Shown: positions 1-12,249 of the stretch, one piece after another
Numbering within the stretch: position 1 is the stretch's first letter
Layout: each line of letters starts with the position of its first letter
Source of the DNA: Moniliella sp. 'wahieum'
Taxonomy: Eukaryota
Reading direction: 5' to 3'
NCBI GenBank assembly: GCA_003971905.1
Contig: RSEE01000003.1
Coordinates: 186,001 to 250,000 of the forward strand
Length of the DNA stretch: 64,000 nucleotides
Position numbers and translations under genes: made by a program
Notes under the pieces: generated by a model
Told to the model about the DNA's origin: nothing
The model's database searches: none
Seen by the model: the letters and a program-made list of their open reading frames with translations, nothing else

Positions 1-2069
1 GAAGGCGGTGATGAACCGACGGGTGCGCGGGTCAAGCCAATCACACGGCCATTGAGGAAGACGAGGAAACTTCCCTTGTGGTGCATTTCGGCACCAGTCA
101 GCAGCGCCACATCTTCGCATCCCAGGGTATAGGCCAGCTTTTCGAGCGGCGCTCGTCAATCTCAGTCGTGATGTGGGTCATGAGGGCCAGGTTCTTCACC
201 AATCCACAGGCTTCACCTTCGGGCGTGTCCGAAGGACAGAGCATTCCCCATTGCGACGGCTGTAACGCACGCGGCCCGACACCTTACGCGTCTTCTCAAA
301 CTGAGACGAGATACGTGTCATCATACCCAGGGCAGAAATGTAGCTCAGACGAGAGAGAAGATGAGTGACACCGGCGCGTTCCATGCGGAAACGCTTCAAA
401 CTCCAGTTGCCCGTACTGATGGCTCGGACAAACCCTGAGGTGATGTTGTCGGCGTGGTAGGCACGGTGCTGATTGGCGTCAAATTCGGTTGCGCGATGCT
501 GCTTCTTCATGACCTTGTCGAAAGACATTTTGAGGTCATAGTTGTACTTTTTGAACATGTCCTCAAACAGTAGCGAGAGCAGCTGCCCTGCAACTCGAGG
601 CGTTTGTTGCCCACATAGTCTCGGTCGTCGACCTGAGTCGGGTCCAGGACACAGGCCAGCACGCGGCGTACCATTGTGGACAGGTAGATGGCTTTGGGAC
701 GGAAGTTGAGCTTTTCAACTGGCACGTGGGCTACCACGACGGTCGCCAGCACTCCAGTGCTCTTCGTGGGCAGGCCGCCGGGGCACGCCCGGGCGCATCA
801 TGCGACGGACCTTGCGGCCAATGTAGTCGAGTGCCTGCCTTCGGGTAAACACCTTCAGTCGGCACCCCTCCTCGATGGAGTTGCTGAACAACTCGCGGAA
901 TGCCTCGTCGGTTCCAGCGACCGTCTCGATAATTTCGCGATCCGTTGTTATGCCCATGGCCTTGAACGCTACCACAATGGGAATGTCCTCGGTCATGCTA
1001 TTGTGGCGCAGGTAGATACACTTGTTCTTGCTCACCACGTACGACTTGCTCTTACGTTCGGCCGTCGAGCTGGCAAAATTCAGCAGTCAGTACTTAGTCG
1101 GCACGCCTCTTCAAAGGTTGCAGATAAAAAAAAAACAATACGATGTCACACTGGCGGACACGATGTCCTTTTTGGTATCGGCTTCGACAATGACCCTGTT
1201 TTTGCTAAGCTGCTCTTGAATGAGAATAACTTTCTCCTGTCCCTTAACGACAAAGTAACCACCTGGGTCAAGTGGACACTCGTTCATCTGTGCCAGCTCC
1301 TTTTCAGTGCGACCAGAAAGGGCACACTTGTTGGAGCGGAGCATGATGGGCATCCGCCCAATATCGATGTGTTTGCGGCGGTAGATCTTACCTCCACGCG
1401 TGTACTCAACGTCAACGTAAATGGGGGCGCTGTACGTCATATCACGGAGACGGCACTCGTGTGGGCTAAAGGCCTTTAAAGCTTTTGAGCGAGCCCTTGC
1501 CCGATCCCTTGACCGTTGGTCCGGGCTCCACCACGGGACCGTCGCCGCCCGGGGGAGGGGATGCCAACGTAGATATCGGTGTACTTCCAATAGAACTTGG
1601 GGTCGATGTCGCTGTGACAAGCTGGTTGGCCTTCAAAATCTCCTTGAGGCCATAATCAACAAAGTAATTGAAGCTGTCAATGTGTTGTTTGACCAGGCCC
1701 TTGACTTGCAGAAAGGCAGGCAGCAGCTGCCACTTGTCGGCCACTCCTTGATGGGAGCAGTGAGGTTGGGCGCTCGGGCTAGGTGAGCGATGGCGGCATG
1801 CTGCTGGTCGAGAGACATGGACTCGTACAGGTCGGTGGCGGCGGCCTTGCTGTCGGAGGCAAGGTCATGTGCCAGGGAGCGCGTGCGTTCGGCAGATGGA
1901 CAGGGTCGGGCAGGGCGCCTGGGGGATCGGGGCCGGCGACAACCTCGGGGCGGTCGGCGGGGTCGCCGTAGAAGGCCGTGTGGACGCTGTCATGCGTGGC
2001 AGCGCCGTCGGTGGCGGCGTCGAGCATGTGCTCGTCGTTGTCGACGTCGTTGGCCGTTTCGGAGGCCAT
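1..2069 (-). CDS. RPC2: RNA polymerase III second-largest subunit (RPC2/RET1), 5' part; runs off the window's left edge
   Basis: Consecutive minus-strand fragments [136 protein letters not shown]. Intron 1070-1141 (GTATTG...CAG). Probable start MASETAND at 2069. Several indel frameshifts. Confidence 0.95.
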
Positions 2070-2361
2070 GGCGCGGGTGGGGTGCGGGAAGGGGGCGGTC
2101 GGGCCCAAAAAAAGGCGGCGAGGGAGGGAAAAAGAGCGGCGGAATGGCGGGGCGAACATTTCATTTTCGAGCGGCCCAGTCCGAGGCGGGGCGGCGGGCG
2201 GCGGGCGGCGGGCGACGAGACAGGCACACTGCTCCTGCGCCGCAGAGGCGCAACCAACCCTAGTGCGTCGCGCTCGCTTCCGTGCGTGCTCCTCCCCGAT
2301 CCCATACCGACCACCCACCCCTCCGCCCCCGCCCCGCCGCCACCGCCACCGCCCTGCCCCC

Positions 2362-2949
2362 ATGAGCACCTCCGCCCCCCCACTGCTGGCAATGCGCTCC
2401 TCCTCAAGCGCCAGCTCACCGAGCTCACCAAGCGCCCTGTCGACGGCTTCAGCGCCGGCCTCAAGGACGACTCCAACCTCTACGAGTGGGACATCATGAT
2501 CATCGGCCCACAGGACACCCTCTACGAGGGTGGTTTCCTCCACGCCGAGCTCATCTTCCCCCCCGAGTATCCCCTGCTCCCCCCCAAGATGCGCTTTATC
2601 ACCAAGATGTGGCACCCCAACATCTACGAAGACGGCACTGTCTGCATCTCCATCCTCCACCCCCCTGGCACCGACCAGTATGGATACGAAGACGCCGGCG
2701 AGCGCTGGATGCCGGTCCACTCGGTCGAAAGCATTCTCGTCTCTGTCATCTCCCTCCTCTCCTCTGACCACCCCAACACCGACTCTCCTGCCAACGTTGA
2801 TGCTGCCAAGCAGGTGCGAGAGGACCTGCCAGCGTACAAGAAGCGTGTACGTTCCACCGTCCCTTTCGCCGACTTGCGCCTGATTTTCTAACCTGTCTGG
2901 ACCCCGCCAGGTGCGCCGTCTTGTGCGTGAATCGGCTGAATTCATGTGA
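2362..2949 (+). CDS. ubc15: Ubiquitin-conjugating enzyme E2, UBE2G1/S. pombe Ubc15 type (acidic-loop class)
   Basis: HPNIYEDGTVCISILHPPGTDQYGYEDAGERWMPVHSVESIL contains the catalytic Cys and the acidic loop. ATG at 2362 with an indel in the following C run. Intron 2847-2910 (GTACGT..CTAAC..CAG) restores KKR|VRRLVRESAEFM*. Confidence 0.93.
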
Positions 2950-4861
2950 ACCACATTTCGCCTCTTGCCGAATTCGCCCGCATCGACGCTCATTGACAGG
3001 TGGCTATCTAGCGTCTGGGCTGTCGTGTTCCGCGGCGTTTGTACCGCTCTGTTGTAATGTGCGTGTGCTCCAAGCTAATTTGTAAGTCTCCTCTCGTCAC
3101 GCGGCGCCACATGGGGGGTCGAGGGCGAGACCTGAGTGGGATCGAGGTGGAGCGTCACACGGTCTATCCCAGTTTGCTGTCGGGGGTGGGTGCACTGCTC
3201 TGCCTCGGTCCATGGTCTGTGGAATGTGCTTGCCGGACATCATGTCTGCTCTCTTACAATCCGTTCCGGCAGTTGTCTCTGGCATTTTATTCACTTTTGC
3301 GCGTCCATCCTGGACGCCTGCTTCCGCCCTCGTCCCCGACGTGGTCAGCGCCCGCACCACTGTCGGCCTCACTCGACTCTTGACGAAGCAGTTTCAACTG
3401 ACGTTTCCCTCTGATGCAGTATCGTATTGTCTATACTTGGGTTCGTGGAGCAAGTGGCAAACACGTATCCCCAGGACTTGGCGCACTTATGCACCCGGGA
3501 CGCGTCCTCCCTTTCGCGCCTCGCCATCCTGCATTCTCTTCTTCCCATGCCGTGCCATGCCTGGCAGTACCCAAGCCTCCTTGAGCCAGGATGGGAGACA
3601 TACCTGGATGCCGCAAGCATGGCGTAGGCCTCCTCCCTTTCCGCCATTCCAGCATTCCCTTCCCCTCGTACTCAATTCCATCGCCTCATTGGCCTGAACC
3701 ATGGTGTTTATAATCCTAGTATAGGTCGAATGTCTATGGCATCCTCATGCGTATGACCAAACCAAATACTAACCGCTGTCTTCATTTCAGCAGTCGCCGC
3801 TTATGACCAGCCCAGGTTGCGCATGGCTGAAGCTAAAGGAAATGGGTATTGTTGCGCAATACTTTGCTTTTGTGAGTTGCTCTGTGTGAAGCGGGGAGAG
3901 GGTGAGGAGGATGAATTTGTTGCCCTGTTCCCACGCCGCGATCTACCCACAAGCTCCTGGGGTACGCACGGTAAGTGCTTAGCGGGATATAGGGTAGGCC
4001 TGACTTGCCCCAACGGCAGGCATGGCCCATAGCTGTGCCGAAGAAGGCTTTATCGCCCTTCGTCTTTGTCTAGTTGTCTTGGCGGGATGGCATCAGACAT
4101 GAGGTTTGGCAACGAGGAACGGGTGATCCGCCCTGGTCTACGTGTTCTGGTCCACCCAGCCGGGCGGTCGTGGGCAAGCGGGCGGCATGGGCGGCAGCGT
4201 GCGGAGGATGGATGGTATCCGACCAAGGAGAGTGTAGACAACGAGCAAGTTGTATGATATCCCGGCACTCTATTTGTGTCGTCACGTAAATGGATAACTT
4301 GCCGCTGGACTGCCTACGCGCGCGGCCTCCCCTTTCTGTCCATGTCTCCTTCCCGTATCGCGATCGCCATCGCTTCCTCTTCGTCCCAGTCAATATTTGC
4401 ATGCCGCTCCGAGCATCTGGTCTGGCACGCACGATACTGGCCAAGAGTATTGCTGGTCTGAGATCCACAGCGCAGCCTCCCCTTTCAGGACGAATGCGAG
4501 CTCGGGCCATATGGTGGAAAACCACAATACTTTCCTCGCGGCCCTCCAGATCCACCCAGTCAGCAGTGCGAGAATAGAGAATTGGTTCACAGCACTCATT
4601 CTCTACGGCCAATGCGCAGCACCTAAAAACATATCTAGCGCGTGGAGCACACCAAGTGCATCCCGCTCACACCCCAACAGGGCAGATGCGTGGATGTTGA
4701 TACTCATCACAGTGCAATAAGTGCACGTTGGGGGAGGCCAAGCTGGGTGACATATTACACATGGGAGGGAGGAGGGAAAGGACCTGAGAATGGAAGAGAT
4801 GGAGGCAGCGGGGGAAAGCTTACGTCGAACGCAAACCGTACAGGTGCGCGCACGCAGCACA

Positions 4862-5806
4862 TTACGCATCATCGTCCTCTTCCAGCTTGGGTGCAAGGTA
4901 AAAGTGGACATGGCCATGCTCCCAAGCATACTCGACTAGCAGAGGAAACGCGGGGGAGAGACGCAGAGTCACTGCCGGCGAAAGAGGGCCAGCCTTGGAG
5001 AAGGCAGTGAGATACTTGAGCGCAAACTTGAGCCGCACCGCTTGGTCCACATGAATCTGGACCGCAACCGAAGGAGCCGAGTCGTCGTCCTGCGAAGCAG
5101 GCTGGCGCTTCCGCTTGCCCGCAGAGGGAACCACTTCATCTTCATCTTCATCCTCCGCCGGCTCTGCTTCGGGATCCGCCTCGTCATCCGATACCTCGGG
5201 CTTGGCCTTGCGCGCCCGCTTGTTGCTTGAGCTTTGTCCGTCAGACCCACCGCCTTGTTTGAGAACAAGTGTGCCGGTGCCCTCGTCCGAGCTGGCTTCG
5301 AAACGAACCGAGTTCTTGTCCACACTCACAGTAATGTCTTCGCCGAGGATGCTCAGGTCGCGCGTGATGCGAGCGTACTCGGTCGAAGCGAGCGTGACAA
5401 CCGCCTTGTAGTCGGTGGGGGGAATGTCCATCTGCTCCGAGTCAATGTTGGTGAGCGAGAGATCGTACGACGCGATCCGATCCGCCTTGAGAGACTCAAA
5501 GACTAGGGTGAGGGTGTCGGCGCCGTCGGCCTTGCGGAGCGTGAGGGTGTCGTCGTTGTTGGCCGTCTTGACCACTTTTTGGAGCATGCCAATTGGTACA
5601 CCGAGAATCATGGGGCGGTCGCAGCGGTAGTGAGTAAAGGCCTCGGGGCGGATTTCGACGCCACAGAGGGCAACGTGGGCGGTGTCGATGGCTTGGATGC
5701 GGATCCCCTCATCGGTGCAGTTGAGATTGGTCTCCTGGATCAGGCCGGAGATGGAATCAAGGATCTTCTTGAACAGGACGGCCTGGGGGAAGCGGGCTTC
5801 GAGCAT
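4862..5806 (-). CDS. POL30: Proliferating cell nuclear antigen with ~60-aa acidic/basic loop insertion; intronless
   Basis: MLEARFPQAVLFKKILDSI...IQAIDTAHVAL...YRCDRPMILG...FALKYLTAFSKAGPLSPAVTLRLS...HFYLAPKLEE; single uninterrupted ORF. Confidence 0.97.
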   Translation of the reverse strand: MLEARFPQAVLFKKILDSISGLIQETNLNCTDEGIRIQAIDTAHVALCGVEIRPEAFTHYRCDRPMILGVPIGMLQKVVKTANNDDTLTLRKADGADTLTLVFESLKADRIASYDLSLTNIDSEQMDIPPTDYKAVVTLASTEYARITRDLSILGEDITVSVDKNSVRFEASSDEGTGTLVLKQGGGSDGQSSSNKRARKAKPEVSDDEADPEAEPAEDEDEDEVVPSAGKRKRQPASQDDDSAPSVAVQIHVDQAVRLKFALKYLTAFSKAGPLSPAVTLRLSPAFPLLVEYAWEHGHVHFYLAPKLEEDDDA

Positions 5807-5889
5807 GGTGACTGAGAACGAGGGAACACGGAAGACAGGGTGGTGGTGTGCCGAACGGATGGGGTGCAAACGCGCAGGCAGGAATAAAT

Positions 5890-5980
5890 ACGCGTGGGGA
5901 GCGTCGAGTGCGTGGCACCCAGCCTACGCGTCGCGCACACTGTCCTTGTGCCCGCAAACGCGTCCCAAGAAAGAACGCGT
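5890..5980. promoter_or_regulatory. Cluster of four MCB (ACGCGT) elements upstream of PCNA
   Basis: ACGCGT at 5890, 5926, 5958 and 5975, within ~180 bp of the PCNA ATG. MCB boxes are the established MBF G1/S elements of fungal PCNA promoters. Confidence 0.75.
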
Positions 5981-6195
5981 ACCACTAGGGTTAGCAACGC
6001 GGGTCTCCCTCAAGATGTTCAAAGTTCAATGTCGTTTCCGCCCTATTGTGGCACTATTCCGCCCGTGGCCCCGCCTGTGGGTTGTGCTACGGACTGGGCG
6101 GGCCGGAGCGCCGAGATGGACACCTTCAGCTGCTTGCCTGTCAGGCCAAGTCGGGCACCAATCTCGTCGTCTACACCTACCGCACACCCTGCAAC

Positions 6196-6546
6196 ATGGC
6201 TGGCAAGGCTCGCACCGGTACGTGTGGTGAAATGATGGTATCTCAGGCAGTTTGTTCGTTTGCATCTAACCCCTTACCCTGTTCTTGTACCGCCTGCGTC
6301 TTGCCGCCCACAGTAGCATCTTCGTGCGCATCTTCAGCATGGCTGGCACCGGCCACTACTATACCGTCCGACGCCCACGCGTAGCAGATAAAGCGGCCTT
6401 CATCAAATATGACCCCGTGGGTACGTCGCTTTCTCTGTGTGCTGCATTTTTCCTGTCTTCAGATATCTGATGCCTCAATGGCTGCTCCGTCCCCAGTGAA
6501 ACAACACGTTCTCTTCCGTGAAGGCTTCAAGCTGCCAAAATTCTAA
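6196..6546 (+). CDS. MRPL39: Mitochondrial ribosomal protein bL33m, three exons
   Basis: MAGKART / SIFVRIFSMAGTGHYYTVRRPRVADKAAFIKYDPV / VKQHVLFREGFKLPKF*. Introns ~6218-6313 and 6421-6496, both with GTACGT donors; one apparent indel at the first junction. Confidence 0.88.
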
Positions 6547-7807
6547 GCTGGATCACCACTTGATAAGCGGAAATTTCGTCTGGGGTCGTTCCCTAGGCGC
6601 GAGCGCACAACGATGTGGCATTCTATGGGCACCCGCACTCAATATCTGGCTTTGGCTGTGTGATTGGCTGGACGTGCCAAAGCATTGATAGAGTTGGTTG
6701 GTCTGAATTGAGAGGGTGGGAAGTTATGTAGGAGTTGCAAGGGGGGGCCGGGGTGGTACGTGCGCTGGATACGAATGCATGGTTATGCACGATGCACCAG
6801 ATATGTTCCATGTAGCGGCAGAACACGCTCTGAAGGCAATGCTGATGTTCTGGATACTATACAAGCCTACCACCATTCATATCGCCTTTCTCGCCTTGTA
6901 GGTAGGTACTCGTCGTGGCCCTCTGGGGGCTGACAGCAGGCTAGCACCCTGGAACTAGAACGTGACCTCGCCAAAGCGGAGTGGCATAGCGTCTGCTCAG
7001 CACACCCATGCTCCCTCCACAGACGCAAGTATGACGCCAATGCCCAACATGTAATCTGAGAGCAACCAACATCTCGTCCCAGCCCCTTTCCCATTTTCCG
7101 GAAGAAGCAAATGTCGCCTCGAAATGCATTGCTACCCGGTTTTGGCATATCCGTCCAGCCACGAACATGACAAGGGAGGAGGGATTGTACGCTCCAGGCA
7201 CTACTCGGTGACGGCTTGAACCTTGCGCCTCACGAACCCTGTATGGGAGCGGCTCCCCTCGGAAGCGGGGGGAAGGGTCGTTCTTCCCTTGCCGTATGGG
7301 CAGCACCCAGCCCAGCCACCGGCCATTGTTCGCTGGGGTGGGAAGGACATCGGGAAGACCAAGGGCGTGTCCCTGGTGCCACTGACTCTATTCAAGAGTC
7401 GGCCCCGAAGCCTGGAGTGGGCCAGAAGCCTCCTCCAGGAGTCGAGTTGGTTGGGCTTTTACTAGAGGCCGCCCTGTGAGCAGGGCTTTTGGCATTGCAT
7501 GACGGGGATTTTTCTTCCCGCACTTGGCCACTTTGGATGGGCGAATGTGTTGAACAGTTGAAATGAATACGAAAATCTCATATCCCAGATCAGATCTCAC
7601 GGCTCTTCGCCGATCGAGTTCTTCTTGCGGACAGGGCATCCTTGGCGTCGCTTGTGCTTTGCTCTCTCGCGTGTTGCCCCACCCTTACATCGCGAGAGGC
7701 CCGCGCAGGGAGCCAATCGCTGCATACGGCCCAGAGCTGTTACATTCGCACTGCCTCCGCCCTGCCCCGCCGCCGACGAGCCCACCCAGTATCACCAACC
7801 CACCCCC

Positions 7808-8835
7808 ATGTCCACCCCCGGCCAAGATTCGCCTGCCCAGCAGTGGGCTACGCCTGTGGGCACCTTGACTCCTGCCCTCGCCCAGCATGAGGCCCCCACG
7901 CTGTCGGACGCCGCCACCTTGGGGCATATTGTCCGCCAGTTGGCTACGCTTCAGGGGGACCAGGCCCATGCCGCTTGCCAGGAGGAACAAGATCGTCGGC
8001 AGGAGACTCGGCACACGGACCTCATAGAGGCGCCAAGGGAGATTTGTGCAACGCCCATCACGGGCACTGCCGCCTCCGCGCCTCTCTACAACCCCTTCCC
8101 CCGCCCAGCGCCTTTTGTCCCCAGCTAACACGCACCGTCGACTCATGCCCTTGCGTTTATCTCATTTATGCAAGCATGGCTTCGCGCCTTCACGACCCCC
8201 CTCAGCGACGACTTCAAGATTAATAATGTCATTAGTAACCTGCGCGGAGCCGCCATGCAGTGGTCATTGTCGTGGTCGACGCAGATGGACCTCCCCCCGG
8301 AGGGCCGGTCCGCGCCCTTCTTGCGCTCATGGGACGCTTTCCGGGAGGAGTTCCTGCTCCGGGGGGAGATCCGTACCCGCATCTTACGGCGGTCACTGAC
8401 CTACGGGAGTGCCGCCAGACTACGGTGGACGCATACGCTCATCGCTTTGAGGACGCCATCCAGCGTCTCGGGTACGACTTACCTCCAGTTATGCAACAGT
8501 CCATGTTTGTGCTGGGTTTACGCGAGGACATCAAACGCCAAGTCCTGTCCCTGGCACCCCGGGGGCAAGCCCCGCTCGAACCCTACGCCACAGTCCGCGA
8601 CCGAGCCATCGCCCTCGATCACTTCTTTCCATCCGAACAGCCCCAGGCCGAGCCCATGGACACGAGCGCCGCATTCGCTGGACCCAGACCCGTGGAACCC
8701 ACCTCGACAAAGACGCGCCGTCAGTTTCGCCTCGAGCATGACCTCTGCCTCTACTGTGGCAAGGCGGGACATTTCCTCCGACACTGCCCGACCCGCGTGC
8801 CGCGAGCGGCCAGTGCGGCCGCTGGATCTGTCTAA
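7808..8835 (+). pseudogene. Retrotransposon gag with CCHC zinc knuckle
   Basis: KINNVISNLRGAAMQW, QTTVDAYAHRFE, FVLGLREDIK, EPMDTS and CLYCGKAGHFLRHC (CX2CX4HX4C). In-frame TAA at 8126-8128 plus a frameshift. Confidence 0.85.
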
Positions 8836-8921
8836 TGCGTCTCCTCGTGCCTCTTCCGGTGCCGCTGTTCGCCGGCGGTTCAACAATGACCTCAGCCAAG
8901 ATCCACTCTGGAGACGCAGTC

Positions 8922-9385
8922 TTCCTGGGCTTCGCCAACTAGTATTCCCATCTTGTTCCGTACTTTACCCCCCATTGCTCGCCAGCTCCAGCGCCTCCTG
9001 AGCAAGGGAGCGCGTTTTGATTTGTCCCCTTTCTATGCATCTGTCTTTGTCGCGCTCAAGCGCCGGTTGTCCTCGGCTCCGGTCGTTAGCCCATTTTGAC
9101 ACAACCAAACCTCTCCACTTGGAGACGGACGCGTCGGACATGGGTATTGGCCCTGTCCTCGACCAGCCCGGGGCAGCGGGGAAGTGGCATCCGGCGGCGT
9201 GCGACTCTCAGCTGCGTTGGAAGGTGTCAGAGAAAGGTGTGTTTGCCATCATACTGTCATTGCAGGTTTGGCACCACTTCGCTGCGACGTGGAAGTACCC
9301 CCGAGTTACCAGGCCCTTGTGGAATGCCGGATGGATACGCCGGCCAAGGATCGGTTAGCACGCTGGTGTCTGGCCCTCCCAAGTA
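8922..9385 (+). pseudogene. pol remnant (RT connection + RNase H); protease, RT core and integrase not seen
   Basis: FLGFAN(TAG)Y, ALKRRLSSAPV, LAHFDTTKPLHLETDASDMGIGPVLDQ...WHPAA, KDRLARWCLAL. Confidence 0.8.
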
Positions 9386-12249
9386 CCCCATCAGTCTTGT
9401 TTAACGCCGGGCACATCTGTAACGGCGGCGCTGAAGCTTGAAGGTTTATCGTGTCAAGCTTCAAGGCTCCCGTCCTCGACTCACGCGTCGCGTCGCTCTT
9501 CGTTATCGCGATTGCCCGCAGGCCGAAACAGGTCGACCGAACAGCTGTCCCCTACGTCCCTCGTCGCTCTTCGCCTCCGCTCAACTCGCCCGGAGAAGCC
9601 CATCGCCGCAGCTCGCCTCGGCACCGTGCACCGCTCCTTGGATCAGGTCGTCACCCCCCTCCGGCTTCCCCCTTTCCTCATTTCCCGCCTTGGTCCTTTC
9701 CTTCTTGCTCCCCTTTTGCTTTTGGTCCATCTCCCTCTCGTTCCTTCGCCTTTCTTTCCGTTTAATGTAATGCATGACATGGCCATCTTAGCTACCAAGT
9801 TATCAAGTAAACCTTCTCATTAATCATAGTTGCTCTTCGCTGATCCTGTTCCCTTTCTCTCTATCAGTGCATCCTTTGCTTCTCTTGGCACTTGGCACTT
9901 GGCTCTAAATCTCAGATCTCACTTCTCAATCTCACTCGTATCGGCGCCCGAACCTTACAGGCGCGTTCTATCGAAGATCCTGGGCAGTGCGGGGGTTCGA
10001 CTGTGACGTGTGAAAGCTTTTGGATCTCAAACAATGTGAAAAGAAAGTGCCACCAGTCTAATAAGCACGTCTGAAGATCCGAAGCTTGAAGCTTCACAAA
10101 AAGAAGACTGAAGGGAAAGAAGGGGGATGTCGATGAAGTCGACGGAGCTGTTGAAGGAAGCGTGAAAGGGGCGCGGAACGCGGAACTCTTCATCTCAGAT
10201 CTCTCAGCTCTCGCAGCCTCTCAGCTCTCAGCCAGCGACACTCAGCGTCACCGGCCAGGCTGTCAATAATGCATGACAGGTCCATTCCCCCCCCCCTTCA
10301 CGATGCTGCCTCCCAATCCGACTTCCACAAGGCAGTGGTCCCCAAGCCTCACTTGGGTGTGTCCGCTACAATAACATGTAACAACATCGAAGTTCCCGGT
10401 TACCCCTTGGGCCAGAAACTCTATTAGCTTTGAGGCAGGTGATCGAATCGGTCGGTGATCGATGATCTGAGTGGAGGAGTGCGCCGAAATAGTGTGTTTT
10501 TGGTGCGTTGTGCGTGGGCGATTCCAAGTTCCAAGCTCCGAATTGGCGCCAACCTGTCGCGCGCGCTTAGCGCTTAGCGTTTAAGCGAAGCGCTACAGCT
10601 GGTAAAAGCCTACCAATAGGACGCACACCCTGATGTATTACTGATGCATGATGCATGATGCCTGTCTTTTGAGGCTCTCTGGCGGGTGTGGATGCAGGAT
10701 GGCCTGTGGTGGCTGAAGTGGCCCGCGGTGGCGGCTGGGCAGGGGAGTCGGGATCAGTGGCTAATCGGGGCGGGTGAGGGAGTGCTGAGTACGGAGTACA
10801 TTGAGATCTGAGAGTCCTCAGGCTGGCACTGAGTATACTGGGTGGCCGAGTGGCTGTGGCTCCTGGGCACTGGGCACTGGGCCCCCCATTCGATCCCAAA
10901 CAGGGATATGTATTCTGCTACGCGGAGGCTTGGGGACTGTCTATCTCACATCTCCCTGTGACATGTGACGTGTGACATGGGTCATGCATCGTGCCACTAG
11001 GGCTTGCGCCGAGTAACGCCGACGATTGTCCACCGTCAGACACAGGTTTGCTAGAAGCGCCACTTGGCTCCGGCGCCCCGCTGGACAAGCCCCCCCGCGC
11101 CACGGGCCATCGATCTCGATCAGAGAAGCGCTCAATGAATGAACGCAACAGGCAAGCAACATGAGTGCGGTCGGGCAGAGGAATATCAGAACCTTGTGTG
11201 GAAACACCAAGGCTTGTGCGACGCTCTCTGGCAGGAATGATTAACGTTTAACGAATCCAACGCTTCGAGCTATAGATTTAACTGCGGCGTGCTGGCGCGC
11301 GGAGAACTGAGTGCCGAAGGATGATGCAATGCTTAAGACTCGATGCGCGCTGCGGCCCCAAAGTGGGTCGCTCTCGCCACCAGCGTGAATATTGAATGGA
11401 CGAGAGGTCGGTGAGGCGGGATGCGGGTAATAGGTTGCCTCCAACGCCAACTGGCTTGCTTTTTGGGAACTTGAGTTGCTATGGACGAAAACCATACGTG
11501 AGACATGGAGCTGCCTATCTATATTTTGAGTACTGGGTTTTGACTAGAAGGGAGGAATGGCAGAGACTCTGAGCGACTATAGTGACTAAGAGCCTCATTG
11601 AAGGTGCGTAGTGGCGGTGGCAGTGACAGTCCCCTCTTGGCGTCCGGCGGGCGTTCTCCGCCGAATGTCGAACGTCGAACGTCGCATCCGAGTTCTGAGT
11701 CGCGAGAGCATGGAAGCCGAGAGCAAGGCAGGATGTCTTGTCACGTTCAGGGGCCTCACTTGTTTGCACTGCCCCCCTGCCTCTCCGCCGGGTTTGCTTC
11801 GCTTGCAGCCCCAGAAAAGGCGTGGCTGCGCCTGAAATAACCAAAAGCCAAGCTGGGCTGCTTCACACCAGGTGGGGTCTGCTATGTACAGACACTGTGT
11901 TCACACTGGCCATCCATCCTGATCGCCAGCGGCCACGCGACCTACGCCGACCACCACCACCTGCTCCACCGCCTAGACACTTCCATCTGCTTGCAGCGAA
12001 CCATGGCCCTGGTCCCCGCCGCGCACGCATAGCCCTCCCATCGTCTGTGTGCTGTGCTTTGTTGTGTGGCGCTGAGTTCTGAGTACTGCGTGTACTGAGT
12101 TCTGAGCGTGTTGTGTTGCTGGGATCTGTGCTGTGTGCTGCGCTGCGCTGCCTGTCCTGCCCTGTCCTTCCTCGTTCTATCCCTAACCCCGGCCCCCCAC
12201 CCCACCCCCGCTGGCACGCATGAGTCTGCCGCTCCGCTCTGCACGCAAC

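Larger units (their letters stand above)
7602..9959 (+). mobile_element. Decayed, internally deleted Ty3/gypsy LTR retrotransposon
   Basis: Gag relic, RT-connection fragment FLGFAN*Y at 8922, RNase H fragment HFDTTKPLHLETDASDMGIG...RLARW, putative 3' LTR TGTAAC(9418)...CTTACA(9959), and a diverged copy of the LTR 3' end at 7602-7689 ending CTTACA. The 5' boundary is not resolved. Confidence 0.8.

Noticed and set aside
7808..8835. Domesticated gag gene
   Set aside because: An in-frame TAA at 8126-8128 is a substitution-type lesion, and pol and LTR relics flank it, so decay is more likely.
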